Source: a virus (taxonomy: Duplodnaviria > Caudoviricetes). From it: a stretch of 64,000 bases of DNA. The stretch is from positions 1 through 64,000 of IMG/VR virus record IMGVR_UViG_3300020049_016424, one strand, 5' to 3'. Position numbers and translations under genes: made by a program. Shown piece after piece: positions 46,113 to 57,017 of the stretch (position 1 is the first letter of the stretch; every line of letters begins with the position of its first letter). The notes under the pieces are model-generated. The model was not told where the DNA came from and did not search any database. It worked only from the letters and a program-made list of their open reading frames with translations.

Positions 46113-46918
46113 GCGAACTGCGGCAGCTCGGACGTCGCTGCCATGGAGTCCACGATCTGCTGCGCGAGGTATTCTTCCACGGCGCCGAGCGCGTCAGAGA
46201 CATCTGCAGCGGTGTGCGAGGCTTTTCGAGCGCCTTCCGGGTCCTCGATAGCAGACACGGATTCTGCCGTCTGGATGAACTCGAATCGCACCGTGTCGAG
46301 GTAGTCGATGCGCTTCTGCCGTTCGTCGTCCTCGACGTAGCATGTGCGGTAGCATGCTTTGATGAGGGCGCGCAGCTTCACGCCGCAGAGGTCCGCATCG
46401 GTATGGAGCGTCGGGTGATCGTGCCCACCGTCCGCGCCGAACACCACGTGTTCGGTGGCCTCCTCGTCCACCAGGATGAGGATCCGAGAAGAGCCCGCTC
46501 CGAACAGGGCACCGATGCCCAGGACTCGTGCCCCTTCATAGGGTACGAGGACCGGGTACACCTCGCGGATGACCTGCATGATATGGGTCAAGATGCTGCG
46601 CTCGTGTTCGCGCACACGCGCCGCCTCTTGCTGCTTCTGTACCATCTCCGTGAGCCGCGCCTCGGTGTTCTCGAGCATCTTGATGCGGTAGATGAGCTCC
46701 GCCTTCGACGCCTTCTCGTGCGGCAGCGTCAGCTGCTTCACGAGCTTCTCGTGTTCGCGCGCGGTTGTGTGCCGCGCGAACGCCGCTGCCGCCGCGCCGC
46801 GAACGGCGTCCTTCATCGCACGGGTCCCGCGCGGCGGCTCCGCCCACACCGAACGCTCGGCAGCGGGCGGGAGCGGCGGAACAGGCGCGGCTTTCTTGGA
46901 AGAACCAGGACGTTTCAT
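46109..46918 (-). CDS. hypothetical protein (island 1)
   Basis: MKRPGSSKK...; ATGA-coupled to the lipoprotein gene. Confidence 0.6.
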   Translation of the reverse strand: MKRPGSSKKAAPVPPLPPAAERSVWAEPPRGTRAMKDAVRGAAAAAFARHTTAREHEKLVKQLTLPHEKASKAELIYRIKMLENTEARLTEMVQKQQEAARVREHERSILTHIMQVIREVYPVLVPYEGARVLGIGALFGAGSSRILILVDEEATEHVVFGADGGHDHPTLHTDADLCGVKLRALIKACYRTCYVEDDERQKRIDYLDTVRFEFIQTAESVSAIEDPEGARKASHTAADVSDALGAVEEYLAQQIVDSMAATSELPQFA

Positions 46919-47343
46919 GGGGTCACCTCGGGGATAGGGCGGATCTCGCACAGGGGGAAGAAGAGCCAGGAATCGAGCGACGCCGCACTCACAGGCTTGA
47001 AGTAGCCCGGAGCATCGACGACGAAGACGTTCGTGATGCGGCCGTTGTCGAGCCACGTGCCGGTCCAGCACGTGGGCGCGGGGTACGGGCCCGGCGCCGG
47101 CTCGGCGAGGCAGGTGAGGAACACCTCCTGCAGCTCGGCGATGGTGACCGCGTTTGCGATCACTGCGCCGCGCGCGGTACACGCCGCTTCGGCTTCGGGG
47201 TAGGTCATCAGCGTGTCGATGCGGAAGAACGACGCCGGCGGCGGGTCGAGCGGCGCGACCGCTGCGTCCGGGACTTCCGGGGCCGGGATCGAGACATCGC
47301 ACGCGGTGAGAAGCACCGCGAGAAGAAGAATGGGAGTACGCAT
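46915..47343 (-). CDS. lipoprotein with a C-type-lectin/Lcl-like domain (island 1)
   Basis: Lipobox LLTAC; MTYPEAEAACTARG...TIAEL...CWTG...PLCEI. Confidence 0.6.
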   Translation of the reverse strand: MRTPILLLAVLLTACDVSIPAPEVPDAAVAPLDPPPASFFRIDTLMTYPEAEAACTARGAVIANAVTIAELQEVFLTCLAEPAPGPYPAPTCWTGTWLDNGRITNVFVVDAPGYFKPVSAASLDSWLFFPLCEIRPIPEVTP

Positions 47344-47381
47344 GGGGAACCTCTTTGGCTGGGGTAGAGGAGCTCTACACC

Positions 47382-47413
47382 TTCTTTTACCCGAGAATGT
47401 CCTTACTTTTGAA
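47382..47413 (-). promoter_or_regulatory. bipartite phage promoter-like motif (variant)
   Basis: TTCAAAA-N15-GGTAAAAGAA. Confidence 0.6.
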
Positions 47414-47441
47414 CGACGCCCTCCATGGTACACTGCGGCCT

Positions 47442-49403
47442 ATGTCGATCGAGATCTCTGCTGCTGACGTACGTGATGCTGAAGACCTCCTTGCGAGCGT
47501 CCTCTCCGAGGAAGTCGAGAACGGACGGTTCACGGACGGCACCGCGCTACGCGATCTCGCGGTGAAGGCGCTCGCCGTTGTCTCGGCCCAGATGCGCAAA
47601 GAGAACCGGCAGGTCCAGTCGCTGCAGTCGCTGCTGCGCATCAAGCAGGTCGCCGCGAACACCGCAGAGGCGGACCTCGATCCTGCGGTCATCGACGGCA
47701 CCGATGCCATTCTCTCCAACTGGTTCTTGAAGCGAAAGGCGGGCGGTTACTCGCGCGGCATCGTCCAGATCCTCGTCAACCGCAAGCAGGACTACGTCAT
47801 CCGGCGCACGGACCGGTTCAACTACGACCGCAGCCGCGCGTACTACATCGACTCGCTCACGGACCTCGTCATCCCGAGCCAAGACGTTCGTCCGCTCACC
47901 GACGCTACGGGTGCCGTAGTCGCGTACGCCTTCACCGTACGGCTGATCGCAGCAAAGACAGGCGAGAACTTCGACGTGTCTCCTGGCACCTGGGCCGGTA
48001 ACGGCGGCTTCTCGCCATTCGTGCTGCGCGTCACGTCTTCGATCACGTTCTCGGGCGGCAAGTCCCGCGAGAGCACCACGGCCGTCATCAACCGCGCCGA
48101 GAACGCCATCGCGGTCCGCAACCTCATCAACCCTCGTTCGGTGCTCGCCACCCTCACCGAGACCTTCACCGACCTGTCGCGGCTCATCACCATCGGCATG
48201 GGCGATCTCGAGATGCAGCGCGACCGCGTGCCTTTCGCAGGGTCGCTCGGAGACCTGCACCTTGGAGGTTACTTCGACGTGTACATGGAGCTCCCGGTGA
48301 GCTCGACGCAGTTCGAGGGGCCGGTAGGCGGCGTGTACGCCCGGCCCGACGGCAAGGCGGTCGTCTTCAAGGACGCGGGGGTGCCGGATTGGACGACCTC
48401 GGGGGTGTACGTCGGCGACGTGATCCGCGTTGTCGCAGGCCTGCCGGCCGTGCCGCGGGACTTCGTGGTGCAGACCGTCGCGGCAGGCGAGCTCACCGTG
48501 AGTCCCCTGCAGGCGTTTCCCGAGGTCTCCCTCGCCGTCGAGTACTCGATCTACCGCCCGCTCTTCGGCCCCGACACCCAGATCTACCCGCTCACAGGTA
48601 CGTCGACCACGGGGCAGTGCCTAGCCACGACGCAGACGCCGAACATGGTGCTTCTGCCCCCCGAGCCGCACTACGACATCCTCGATGTCGCCGTCCTCAA
48701 CCCCTTCGGCGGCGACCCCTACGTCAACAGCCCTGACGGCTACGTGCACTTCACGCAGCGGGTGAACGCCTTGCCGGTGCTGCCCACGGACGCGGGCGCG
48801 AGCCTGCCGTTCCGTGTCGTGTCTCGCGCGCCCCTCGACGCACAGTCTTCGTTCGCCTTCGACCTCGTCGAGGTCCCCGAGGAGTACGACGGCTACCGCC
48901 TGCGTGTCACCTACCAGACCACGGTCGGTTTCGGCGCCATCGATTCGTTCGTGCGGGATCGATTCCAGCGCGTGCTCTGCGCCAACGCGCAGCCCAAGGC
49001 GTACCACCCGATCTACCTGACGATGACGATCCCCTATGAGCTGAAGCGCAACCCGACCGCGCTCGTGAACGAGCTCACGCTGCGACAGAACATCGTCGCG
49101 TTCATCAACAGCTTCGACCCGCGCGAAGTCATCGACGTCAGCGACATCATGCAGTACATCCGGAACGCAGACGGGAACATCGGATCGGTGCTGCCCTTCG
49201 AGATCACGTACACGTTGCTCGCCCCCGACGGGCGCGCCATCACCTTTCTCACGGACTCGACGGTGTCGATCGACCCGGCGAAGGTGGATACCGTCACCAC
49301 CGGCAGCGCGCCCTCGCTCGAAGAGCTCCTGGCCATGAGCGTGTCAGACCGCACCGTGCGGTATCTCACCCGCCTCGAACGCATCCAGGTCGAGCTCCGC
49401 TAG
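47442..49403 (+). CDS. baseplate J-like wedge protein
   Basis: DGTALRDLAVK, DAILSNWFLKRKAG, FSGGKSRESTTAVINR; start set at MSIEIS by the -10 element. Confidence 0.75.
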   Translation: MSIEISAADVRDAEDLLASVLSEEVENGRFTDGTALRDLAVKALAVVSAQMRKENRQVQSLQSLLRIKQVAANTAEADLDPAVIDGTDAILSNWFLKRKAGGYSRGIVQILVNRKQDYVIRRTDRFNYDRSRAYYIDSLTDLVIPSQDVRPLTDATGAVVAYAFTVRLIAAKTGENFDVSPGTWAGNGGFSPFVLRVTSSITFSGGKSRESTTAVINRAENAIAVRNLINPRSVLATLTETFTDLSRLITIGMGDLEMQRDRVPFAGSLGDLHLGGYFDVYMELPVSSTQFEGPVGGVYARPDGKAVVFKDAGVPDWTTSGVYVGDVIRVVAGLPAVPRDFVVQTVAAGELTVSPLQAFPEVSLAVEYSIYRPLFGPDTQIYPLTGTSTTGQCLATTQTPNMVLLPPEPHYDILDVAVLNPFGGDPYVNSPDGYVHFTQRVNALPVLPTDAGASLPFRVVSRAPLDAQSSFAFDLVEVPEEYDGYRLRVTYQTTVGFGAIDSFVRDRFQRVLCANAQPKAYHPIYLTMTIPYELKRNPTALVNELTLRQNIVAFINSFDPREVIDVSDIMQYIRNADGNIGSVLPFEITYTLLAPDGRAITFLTDSTVSIDPAKVDTVTTGSAPSLEELLAMSVSDRTVRYLTRLERIQVELR

Positions 49404-49443
49404 AACCCTCTTCGGGGAAAGCCGCGCGTGCTAGCCTAGCTGC

Positions 49444-52400
49444 GTGGCGAACTACTCCCCCAATGCGAAATCGCTCCTCTACACGCTGAGCGACTTCTGG
49501 ACGTTGTACTTCCGGGAAACGAGCGTTCTCGAGGGGCTGTACCGCGGCACGGAGATCGAAGTCGGCCAGGCGTACCTCGACCTGATGGCGCTGCTCCTGA
49601 ACAACAGCATTCAGGATACGACGCTCTTCGATACCGACTATTTCAAACTGATCCGGCTGCGAGAAGACATCGCCGCGTTCTCCTCGGACGCGAAGTACCA
49701 CCTCGCGCTCGACACGGACGTGGCGGGGTTGCAGTACTTGCACGACCGCATCTTCGAACCAACAGCCGCGCTCGAGCGCAACCTCGACTTCATCTTCGAT
49801 CCAGCAGCGCGCGACATCAGCCTCAGCTTCGACCCCCTCGCCGCCTACTTCGGTCACGGCTTCGGAGACGACAACAGCGCCTTCTTTGTCGAGCTCGTGG
49901 CCCCCGGCGCGCCCGTCAAGCCCGTCGAGCTCGTGCTCGTCGACGCCGCGGTTTCTAGCCCTGCGCTTCTGCGCACGGAGTCCGCGACGGTCGTCACCTT
50001 CACGCTCACGTACGCAGGCCCCAGCAATGGCGCGCTGCACACCACCGCGCAGCTCGTGTCGCTGCTCAACTCCGACCCCCAGGCGCGAGAGTTCCTCACC
50101 GCACGACTCGCGGGCCTCGCCACGGGCGCTGCCTCGCCTGTTGCCGGGACGCACACGCTCTCCCGGCAAGCGACGGCGCCCTTGCGCGGCTTCGCAACAC
50201 GCACCTTCGACGTTGCGTATGGCACCGCGTTCTACGACGGCCATGCCGGGGATTGGCTCGAGACCTTGGTGGAGAAGGGCGACGTGCTTCGGATCTTCCG
50301 CGGACCGCAGTACGGCGAGTCTCAGGAGTTTCCCGTCTCTCTCCTGCGCAGCGATGCTCTCTACCTGTACCCGCAGGTGGCACCTGCGAACCTGCCGGGC
50401 GGTCTCGAGTACGTGATCTTGCGCAGTCCTGCCGACGATCTGTCGCAGAACGAACCCGTACCCACCATCGGTACGGACGTCTTCGTCCCCGCAGGCGCCG
50501 CGGATGCTGGCACCATGACGTTCGTCAGCGTAGGCGCGAACTTCAACACGCTGCACCGCGGGCAGGTGCTCACGCTCGCCAGTCCGGTGAACATCGGCGA
50601 CTGGATCATCCTCGACGTACTCGACGCGAACACCGTCGTCCTCGGCGGCGCTGCCCTCGTCACCGAGGCGGGCATTCCTGCAGAGCTCCGACTCGTGCAC
50701 AGCTCCACGTTCCTCGACGGCGGCATCACGCCGAACGGTGACGGCACCGCTGAGTTCGCAAGCCCCTCGATGTCCGTCCCCGACGATCTCACAGGCACGG
50801 TGCTGCTTCTCGACCTCGCAGGCGTACAGTTGCGGCTCGAGGTGCTTGAACGTCTCACGTTCTCGTCCGTCTTGGTGCGTGCGCCGTCTGTCGTCGCGCC
50901 CGCGACGGGCCTTCGCTGGGCCTTCGGTATCCACAAGGCCGCCCCGTTCTACCCCGTTTTCAGCTCCCCGAACGCTGCGCTCCCGGTGCCGGGCACCATG
51001 ACGATTGCAGCGCGGCGCTTCCTCGACGGCGGCGCAGTTCTCGAAGGGCGGGACTTCGCCGTCGACTACGACCTCGGCCTCGTCACACCGCGCACGCTAT
51101 GGAATCCGGGCAGCAGCGCGACGCTCTCGTACCAGTACCGCGAGATCGTCTACCGTCCCCAGGACGGAGACCTGCGCAACGATGTCGACGGCGCGGTGCT
51201 CTCGGCCACCGAGCTCGCGAGCGTGGGCCTCGCATTCACGCAAGCGGACGTGGGCGCTCGACTCACCATCTTCAACTCGGGGACCGACAACGACGGCGAG
51301 TACGTCATCGCCGAAGTCTATGGCGCGACTGCAGTCCGCCTCGCGGGGCGCACGCTCACGGTGCCCGACCCGAACGACGGGTTCCTCGACGTGTCGGTCT
51401 ACCAGCGGGGCCGCGCCGTCACGCAGGACGTCGTCGAGACTGTGACTGAGATCGGAGCTTGGGCGCCGAATGCGCAGATCGACAAGTTCCACCTCTACTT
51501 CACCTACGGCTACCTCATCAACCGCGTGCAGGTGAGCTCGGAAGGCTACCGTGCACTCATCCGCGGCGTGTTCCAGCTCTTCATGCTCGGACCCACCCTC
51601 GAGCGCTTCGAAGCGGCCATCAACGCAGTCGCGGGGCTCGAGACCATCCGAGACGACGGCGAGCTCTTCCTGTACTACGACCCCCAGTCGGGCGTAGGCG
51701 GAAGCGGCGGCGTGTTCGATGGCAACGCCAACACGTTCACCGACGCAGGCGCGTCGTTCGCCCCCGTCGACATCTACAACCGGCTCTACGTCACGTCAGG
51801 ATTCAACGCGAATCGTCTGTTCACGATCGTCGAGGTGCTCAGCACCACTACGATCCGTGTCGCCGAGATTCCAGTCACCGACACCGGCGTCGTGTGGGAG
51901 CTCACCGCCTCGGGCGAGCACTCGATCACGACGTCGCGTGCTACCTACAGCTTCTCGCGCACGGTGCCGCTCAAGGAGAAGTTCCTCACGCCGTCGAACG
52001 AAGGCGTCCTGACGCTGCACGCGTTCGAAGTCATCACGAACGTCTTCACCGTCACCGACTACGTCGAGACGCCGAAGTGGTGGGAGTTCGCGCGCATCCC
52101 GCCGGAGCTCTGGCCTGGCGCAGACCCGCAGCGCCGGCAGAGCACTCCTGCGCTCTTCGAGAACGTCGCGGGTGCGAGCGATAACCCGCTCGCAGGAGAC
52201 CCCGGCCTTTACGCGGGCGCCAACGATCTCGGCGTGCCGCTAGAACACCCGATTCTGACGTTCGGAGGCGGCGGCACGTACTACCCCGACCCCGCGTACC
52301 CGGTGAGCACCTCCGAAGTGTTCTTCGATCACGCGCTGTTCGCGAGCCTCACCTTCAACCCCGTGGGCAATACCCTGCGCGTGGGCTTTCTGCCCCCGTA

Positions 52401-54102
52401 CAACGTCACGTACGAGTTTCGTATCGTGGAGCAGGTGGCGCCCACACGCCTGAAACTCGAGTCCTACGCTTCGTTCTCCGGCGATCCGCCTCCTGTTGCG
52501 GGCTGGCAGATTCTCACCGGCACCATCCCGATGCGGCACAATGCCGCGTACGCCGTGCTCGACCTGTACCTCAAGACCCACGTCTTCAGCGTCCGCTTCG
52601 ACACGTACCTGTTCAACACCCTCGCGACGGACGTCATCACGGACCTGCAGGAGCTCGTCTTCGTCGCCAAGCCTTCGTACACGTACCTGCTGCTCACACC
52701 CGCGTCGCTCTTCGACGAGGTCTTCCGCATCACGGACACGCTCGAGCACGCCGCGCGTTATCAGCTCGGGGGCACGGGCGGCGACACCATGGCCGCGAAC
52801 TTGAACCCACTGCGCGCCGGCGATGGCTGGCTCGCTGGTTCCTGGTTCCGCTACGTCGACTTCGCGGGGTCGTTTGCAACACCTGCAGCGACGCTGCCTG
52901 AGCCCCTCGACACGCCGCGCGTAGGTTACCAACGCCTCACACATCAGTTCTACGTCGACCCCCCGACGATGACCGAAAACGGCAGTCCGGTTCCTTTCGA
53001 TGACCGCAAGCTGCAGGTACTCGTCGTGGGCAGTGGCACCGTGACCGTGAACCCGAGCTACGTCGAGCTCACCGCGGCCGCACCGATTTTCGAGCCGGAC
53101 ATGACGCTGTTCACATTCGAGATCGCAGGCAGCGCGAGCAACGACGGGTTCTTCCTCATCGGTACCGTCATCAACAGCACCACGATCCAGTACCAGAACT
53201 CCACCGCAGCCTTCGAAGCGGGGGTGAACTTCGCAGTCATGGGTGCTGGTGGAAGTCTCGGAGTCGCGTCGCGTGACGCAGAGGGCGTGACGACCTTCAC
53301 GCGGTACCTCTCCGGCACGACGTTCACGGCTCCCGACGTCGGCACCTACATCCGTCGTCCGTTCGTCACCGCGAACTTCGAGCAATCCTACGAAGTGCTC
53401 GAAGTACTGTCGTCCGACAGCGTGCGCATCGGAACCAAGACGACGCCGTACACAGGCCTCGCAGTGAGCATCGCGAGCAACCAGCTCTCATTCGTGCCAG
53501 GAGAGTTCATCGTCTCAGGAGAGCAGTGCTACGTGCAGCGTGCCGCCATGGATCTCGCAACGTCGCGAGCCATCGTCTTCTACGCGTTGATCACGGCAGG
53601 TCCTGACGCTGGCGCGGTGCGGCGCTTCCACAGCTATGTGAGCTCGAACACCGTGCTGCTCGAGGGTTCTCCGTTGACGGACGACGCTGCGAGTACGGTC
53701 ACCGTGTACTTTGAGGAGCACGTGACGACCCCTGTCTTCGACCCTGGCGGAGAGTGGGAGCACCTCTTCTCGCGGGTGTACGTCGACAACTACTACGCCC
53801 CGGGGCCCGTGACGCTCGACGGCACCGAGGACGCCGGCACTGCGGACTTCCAGTCGTTCGGCGTCGAGATGCCGATCGACCCGGTGACCGCTACCTTCTC
53901 GGAGGCTTCGGGCGATAACTACCTCATCGCCGGAGGCATCGCTCCCGTGACCCGGCGTTTCCATCGGCGCACGTCTCGCGACATGGACCTCTTCGAGGCT
54001 CCGATCTCGGTGAGCCGCACTCCCACCGAGATGTTCGGTCTCATGGCTCCGGGCGGCGACGGCATCAACACTCCAGGGGGCGACGGCATCGTCGTGACCT
54101 GA
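49444..54102 (+). CDS. large baseplate wedge / tail structural protein
   Basis: 1552 aa after the J-like gene; SSEGYRALIRGV...GPT; repeated beta modules; KPSYT motif. Confidence 0.6.
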   Translation: MANYSPNAKSLLYTLSDFWTLYFRETSVLEGLYRGTEIEVGQAYLDLMALLLNNSIQDTTLFDTDYFKLIRLREDIAAFSSDAKYHLALDTDVAGLQYLHDRIFEPTAALERNLDFIFDPAARDISLSFDPLAAYFGHGFGDDNSAFFVELVAPGAPVKPVELVLVDAAVSSPALLRTESATVVTFTLTYAGPSNGALHTTAQLVSLLNSDPQAREFLTARLAGLATGAASPVAGTHTLSRQATAPLRGFATRTFDVAYGTAFYDGHAGDWLETLVEKGDVLRIFRGPQYGESQEFPVSLLRSDALYLYPQVAPANLPGGLEYVILRSPADDLSQNEPVPTIGTDVFVPAGAADAGTMTFVSVGANFNTLHRGQVLTLASPVNIGDWIILDVLDANTVVLGGAALVTEAGIPAELRLVHSSTFLDGGITPNGDGTAEFASPSMSVPDDLTGTVLLLDLAGVQLRLEVLERLTFSSVLVRAPSVVAPATGLRWAFGIHKAAPFYPVFSSPNAALPVPGTMTIAARRFLDGGAVLEGRDFAVDYDLGLVTPRTLWNPGSSATLSYQYREIVYRPQDGDLRNDVDGAVLSATELASVGLAFTQADVGARLTIFNSGTDNDGEYVIAEVYGATAVRLAGRTLTVPDPNDGFLDVSVYQRGRAVTQDVVETVTEIGAWAPNAQIDKFHLYFTYGYLINRVQVSSEGYRALIRGVFQLFMLGPTLERFEAAINAVAGLETIRDDGELFLYYDPQSGVGGSGGVFDGNANTFTDAGASFAPVDIYNRLYVTSGFNANRLFTIVEVLSTTTIRVAEIPVTDTGVVWELTASGEHSITTSRATYSFSRTVPLKEKFLTPSNEGVLTLHAFEVITNVFTVTDYVETPKWWEFARIPPELWPGADPQRRQSTPALFENVAGASDNPLAGDPGLYAGANDLGVPLEHPILTFGGGGTYYPDPAYPVSTSEVFFDHALFASLTFNPVGNTLRVGFLPPYNVTYEFRIVEQVAPTRLKLESYASFSGDPPPVAGWQILTGTIPMRHNAAYAVLDLYLKTHVFSVRFDTYLFNTLATDVITDLQELVFVAKPSYTYLLLTPASLFDEVFRITDTLEHAARYQLGGTGGDTMAANLNPLRAGDGWLAGSWFRYVDFAGSFATPAATLPEPLDTPRVGYQRLTHQFYVDPPTMTENGSPVPFDDRKLQVLVVGSGTVTVNPSYVELTAAAPIFEPDMTLFTFEIAGSASNDGFFLIGTVINSTTIQYQNSTAAFEAGVNFAVMGAGGSLGVASRDAEGVTTFTRYLSGTTFTAPDVGTYIRRPFVTANFEQSYEVLEVLSSDSVRIGTKTTPYTGLAVSIASNQLSFVPGEFIVSGEQCYVQRAAMDLATSRAIVFYALITAGPDAGAVRRFHSYVSSNTVLLEGSPLTDDAASTVTVYFEEHVTTPVFDPGGEWEHLFSRVYVDNYYAPGPVTLDGTEDAGTADFQSFGVEMPIDPVTATFSEASGDNYLIAGGIAPVTRRFHRRTSRDMDLFEAPISVSRTPTEMFGLMAPGGDGINTPGGDGIVVT

Positions 54103-54170
54103 CCTTTCGGCTACCGAGGAAACCCCCTCGGGGAGATGTACGGGGGCTGCGCCTCGCGTATACTTAGCCC

Positions 54171-57017
54171 ATGCCCGACAAGATCTTTCCCACAGATTTC
54201 GCCTCGTACGTGCCCACGTCGGGGACGCCGGTAGTCTCGGCGGATCGCATCCTGCTCTACCGCAACAGCCTCACGGACATCGTCGCGATGGACCCCGTGG
54301 CCTGGTACAGCACGCTCAGCAAACCCGCGCCGGCGCGCATCATCGTCGGCAACGCTGCGAACGGCGACACGATCGCGCACTGCAACTACCTCGACACGGG
54401 CAACGGCGCGGGGGTGAAGGCTGCGGTGGACGCGGCGGTGCTCAGCGGCGTGCCCACCACAGTCTGGGTGCGCGAGGGCACGTACAGCTTCCTCGCAGCC
54501 AACATGTTCACGTGCTCGTCGCTCGTGAGCCTCCGCGGCGTGCACCGAGATCGCGTGCTCTTCAACTGCCCCACTGCGGGAGGCGCGCGGCAGACACTGG
54601 GCACCATGGCCCCGGGTACGTCGATTTCTGATCTCACGATCTCGCTGACGGCCAACCCAGCAGCGATCGCGGGCGGCCCCGATTTCATCGGGTCCTTCGC
54701 CCTCTACGTGCAGAACTCCACGACCCTGCAGCGTGTGAAGTTCATGGCCAACGGCGCCGCGGGCGCAGGCCCCGTCTTCGCCATGGTCGGACGGGAAGAG
54801 GCGGGGGCTCCGCAAGACATCACGATCGAAGACGTATCGTTCGAGTTCGTCGATGCGGGCAACGCCATCAACGGCATCGTCATCGGATCCACGGACGCAG
54901 GGCTCACGACCGCGCCCTACGCTCTGCGTGCGGCGCGAATCTCAGGCGTCGCTACCGGCACGCTGGGGCTCTCGGGCCTGGTCATCTCAGAAGGCCCGGT
55001 CCTCCTTCGTGACACCCAGCAGCGCGGCTTCGGGTACACGTACAGCTTCACGTCCACGTACACGGGCGCGGTCACCACGATTCCCCCGACCGTGGTCACG
55101 AACGTCAACGACGACGTCTCCGGACAGGCCTACCAGGGCTACAACGGCCTGACGATCACCGGCGCAGGAAACCCGGTCCTCGGCGCTGCGCGCATCAGCG
55201 GCGGAAGCTACAAGGCCAACAGCCCCGCCGGCGGCGGCTCGATCGACAGCCGCATGCTGCGCGTCGTCTTCGACACGGTATCCGTGCAGGGGTTCGCCGT
55301 CGAAGGTCTGTCGTTCTCGGGCTCCGGCGCTGCCACCGGCGGCGTCGAAATCCGGTGCGTGAACGCGGCTACCTTCGACAACACCTTGGTCTCCAACATC
55401 ACGACGAAGGGTCTCGTACGTCTCGCGACGGCGAACCCGAGCATCGGTCCTTGGACCAACACGGTGATCTCGGGCGTGACATGCGGCGACATGACGCCGC
55501 CCGAGTACTCGCAGAACCTGGCCATCACAGGCTGCTCCATCAGCGGCACGCTCTCCATCAGCAACGCGGCCACGAACACCTGGATCGGCGCGAGCGTGCG
55601 GTACGGCACCTACGTCGACAACGGCCAACACACACACATCGGCACGCACCACCACCAGGCCATCACGAGCCCTCTCGTTACGCACGATGCGAGCCTGGGC
55701 TATCAAATCGGAGATACCTGGACGAACACGGTCACGTCCACCTGGTTCGTCTGCTCGAGCAACTCCGTGGGTGCCGCCGTGTGGGCCGTCATCCTCACCA
55801 CGCCCACGACGACGCCAGGCGCGTTCAAGTCCTTCGGGACAAACAACGCGGGCGTCATCGGATTCTACGACCCCTCGTTGTTCGAGAGCACCGTCGCCAC
55901 CGTCTCCGGCGCGTCGGCAACCCTCGGGTCCGAGTACCTGACGCGAGTCACGTACGCGGCGGCGCTCTGCGCGCTCTCCGGCCCGGCGTCGACGACGACG
56001 TGGCCTGTCGGCGTGACGAAGCGCGTCACGAAGGAGAACACCGGCGCGTTCGGGATCACGTTCGCGCCCGACTCCGGCGGCACCGTGAACGGCGGCGCGG
56101 TGAACGCGGCGATGACGCTTCCAGGAAGCGACGCTCCGTCGTCGACGACGACCGCAGACCGGTCCTGGCTCATCACGCGCACGGCGACATCGACGTGGCG
56201 GGTCGCGACGTTCGGGCTTGCGGATGCGACGACGTCGCGGTCGGGGCTGATGAGCGCGGCGGACAAGACGCTGATCGACGCGATCACGTCGACGAGCGTC
56301 ACGAGCCCGCGCTTCCTCGGCTCCGCGAACAACACGGCAGCGGCGCCCACGTTCCTCGTCGAGCCGGCGGGGAATAGCGGCTTGTACTGGGATGCGACGA
56401 AGGGCGTCGTCACGAGTGTGGATGCGGTCGACCGCATCCTGGCCCGTGTAAACGGCACAGTGGAGCTGTCTACGGGCGCTGGCATCTCTGCTGGCGTCCC
56501 CGCCCTGCGGCTCGTTCGCGACACGGCGGACATTCAGGTCTTCATCACCGGAGGCTCACCGGAGGCGGCGATCACCGGACAGATCGGAGATCTCGACGTC
56601 GCTGTTACAGGAGGGTTCCTCTACATCAAGCGCTCCGGCGTCGGCAACACTGGCTGGGTCCTGATCGATCGCTGCGAGTCGGGGACGTACACCGCGACAT
56701 GCACCGGCATCACGAACATCGACTCAGTTTCGTTCGTCGCTGGCCGCTACATTCGCGTGGGCGATGTCGTGCATGGAGCCGTCCGAATCAACGTCGACCC
56801 GACCACGGCGAGCGTGTTGTCGCAGGTCGACATCTCGATCCCAGTCGCCTCGGCGTTCTCGACGAACGACCAGGCATCCGGCAACTCTGGCTCGACGAAC
56901 GCGAGCCTCACCGACGTGCGATCTGACGCAACGAACGACCGGCTATCGCTCACGTTCGTTCCGACGGTCAACTCTACATTCGGGATGAATGTCCTCTTCA
57001 CTTACGTGGTGCTCTGA
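54171..57017 (+). CDS. tail fibre / tailspike
   Basis: Beta-helix-like N-terminal half; modules shared with the giant fibre; GLMSAADK; YIRVGDVV C-terminal domain. Confidence 0.75.
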   Translation: MPDKIFPTDFASYVPTSGTPVVSADRILLYRNSLTDIVAMDPVAWYSTLSKPAPARIIVGNAANGDTIAHCNYLDTGNGAGVKAAVDAAVLSGVPTTVWVREGTYSFLAANMFTCSSLVSLRGVHRDRVLFNCPTAGGARQTLGTMAPGTSISDLTISLTANPAAIAGGPDFIGSFALYVQNSTTLQRVKFMANGAAGAGPVFAMVGREEAGAPQDITIEDVSFEFVDAGNAINGIVIGSTDAGLTTAPYALRAARISGVATGTLGLSGLVISEGPVLLRDTQQRGFGYTYSFTSTYTGAVTTIPPTVVTNVNDDVSGQAYQGYNGLTITGAGNPVLGAARISGGSYKANSPAGGGSIDSRMLRVVFDTVSVQGFAVEGLSFSGSGAATGGVEIRCVNAATFDNTLVSNITTKGLVRLATANPSIGPWTNTVISGVTCGDMTPPEYSQNLAITGCSISGTLSISNAATNTWIGASVRYGTYVDNGQHTHIGTHHHQAITSPLVTHDASLGYQIGDTWTNTVTSTWFVCSSNSVGAAVWAVILTTPTTTPGAFKSFGTNNAGVIGFYDPSLFESTVATVSGASATLGSEYLTRVTYAAALCALSGPASTTTWPVGVTKRVTKENTGAFGITFAPDSGGTVNGGAVNAAMTLPGSDAPSSTTTADRSWLITRTATSTWRVATFGLADATTSRSGLMSAADKTLIDAITSTSVTSPRFLGSANNTAAAPTFLVEPAGNSGLYWDATKGVVTSVDAVDRILARVNGTVELSTGAGISAGVPALRLVRDTADIQVFITGGSPEAAITGQIGDLDVAVTGGFLYIKRSGVGNTGWVLIDRCESGTYTATCTGITNIDSVSFVAGRYIRVGDVVHGAVRINVDPTTASVLSQVDISIPVASAFSTNDQASGNSGSTNASLTDVRSDATNDRLSLTFVPTVNSTFGMNVLFTYVVL

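Noticed and set aside
47355-47441. Longer N-terminus of the J-like gene given in the ORF track
   Set aside because: It overlaps the divergent promoter region; TACACT-7-ATG supports a start at 47442
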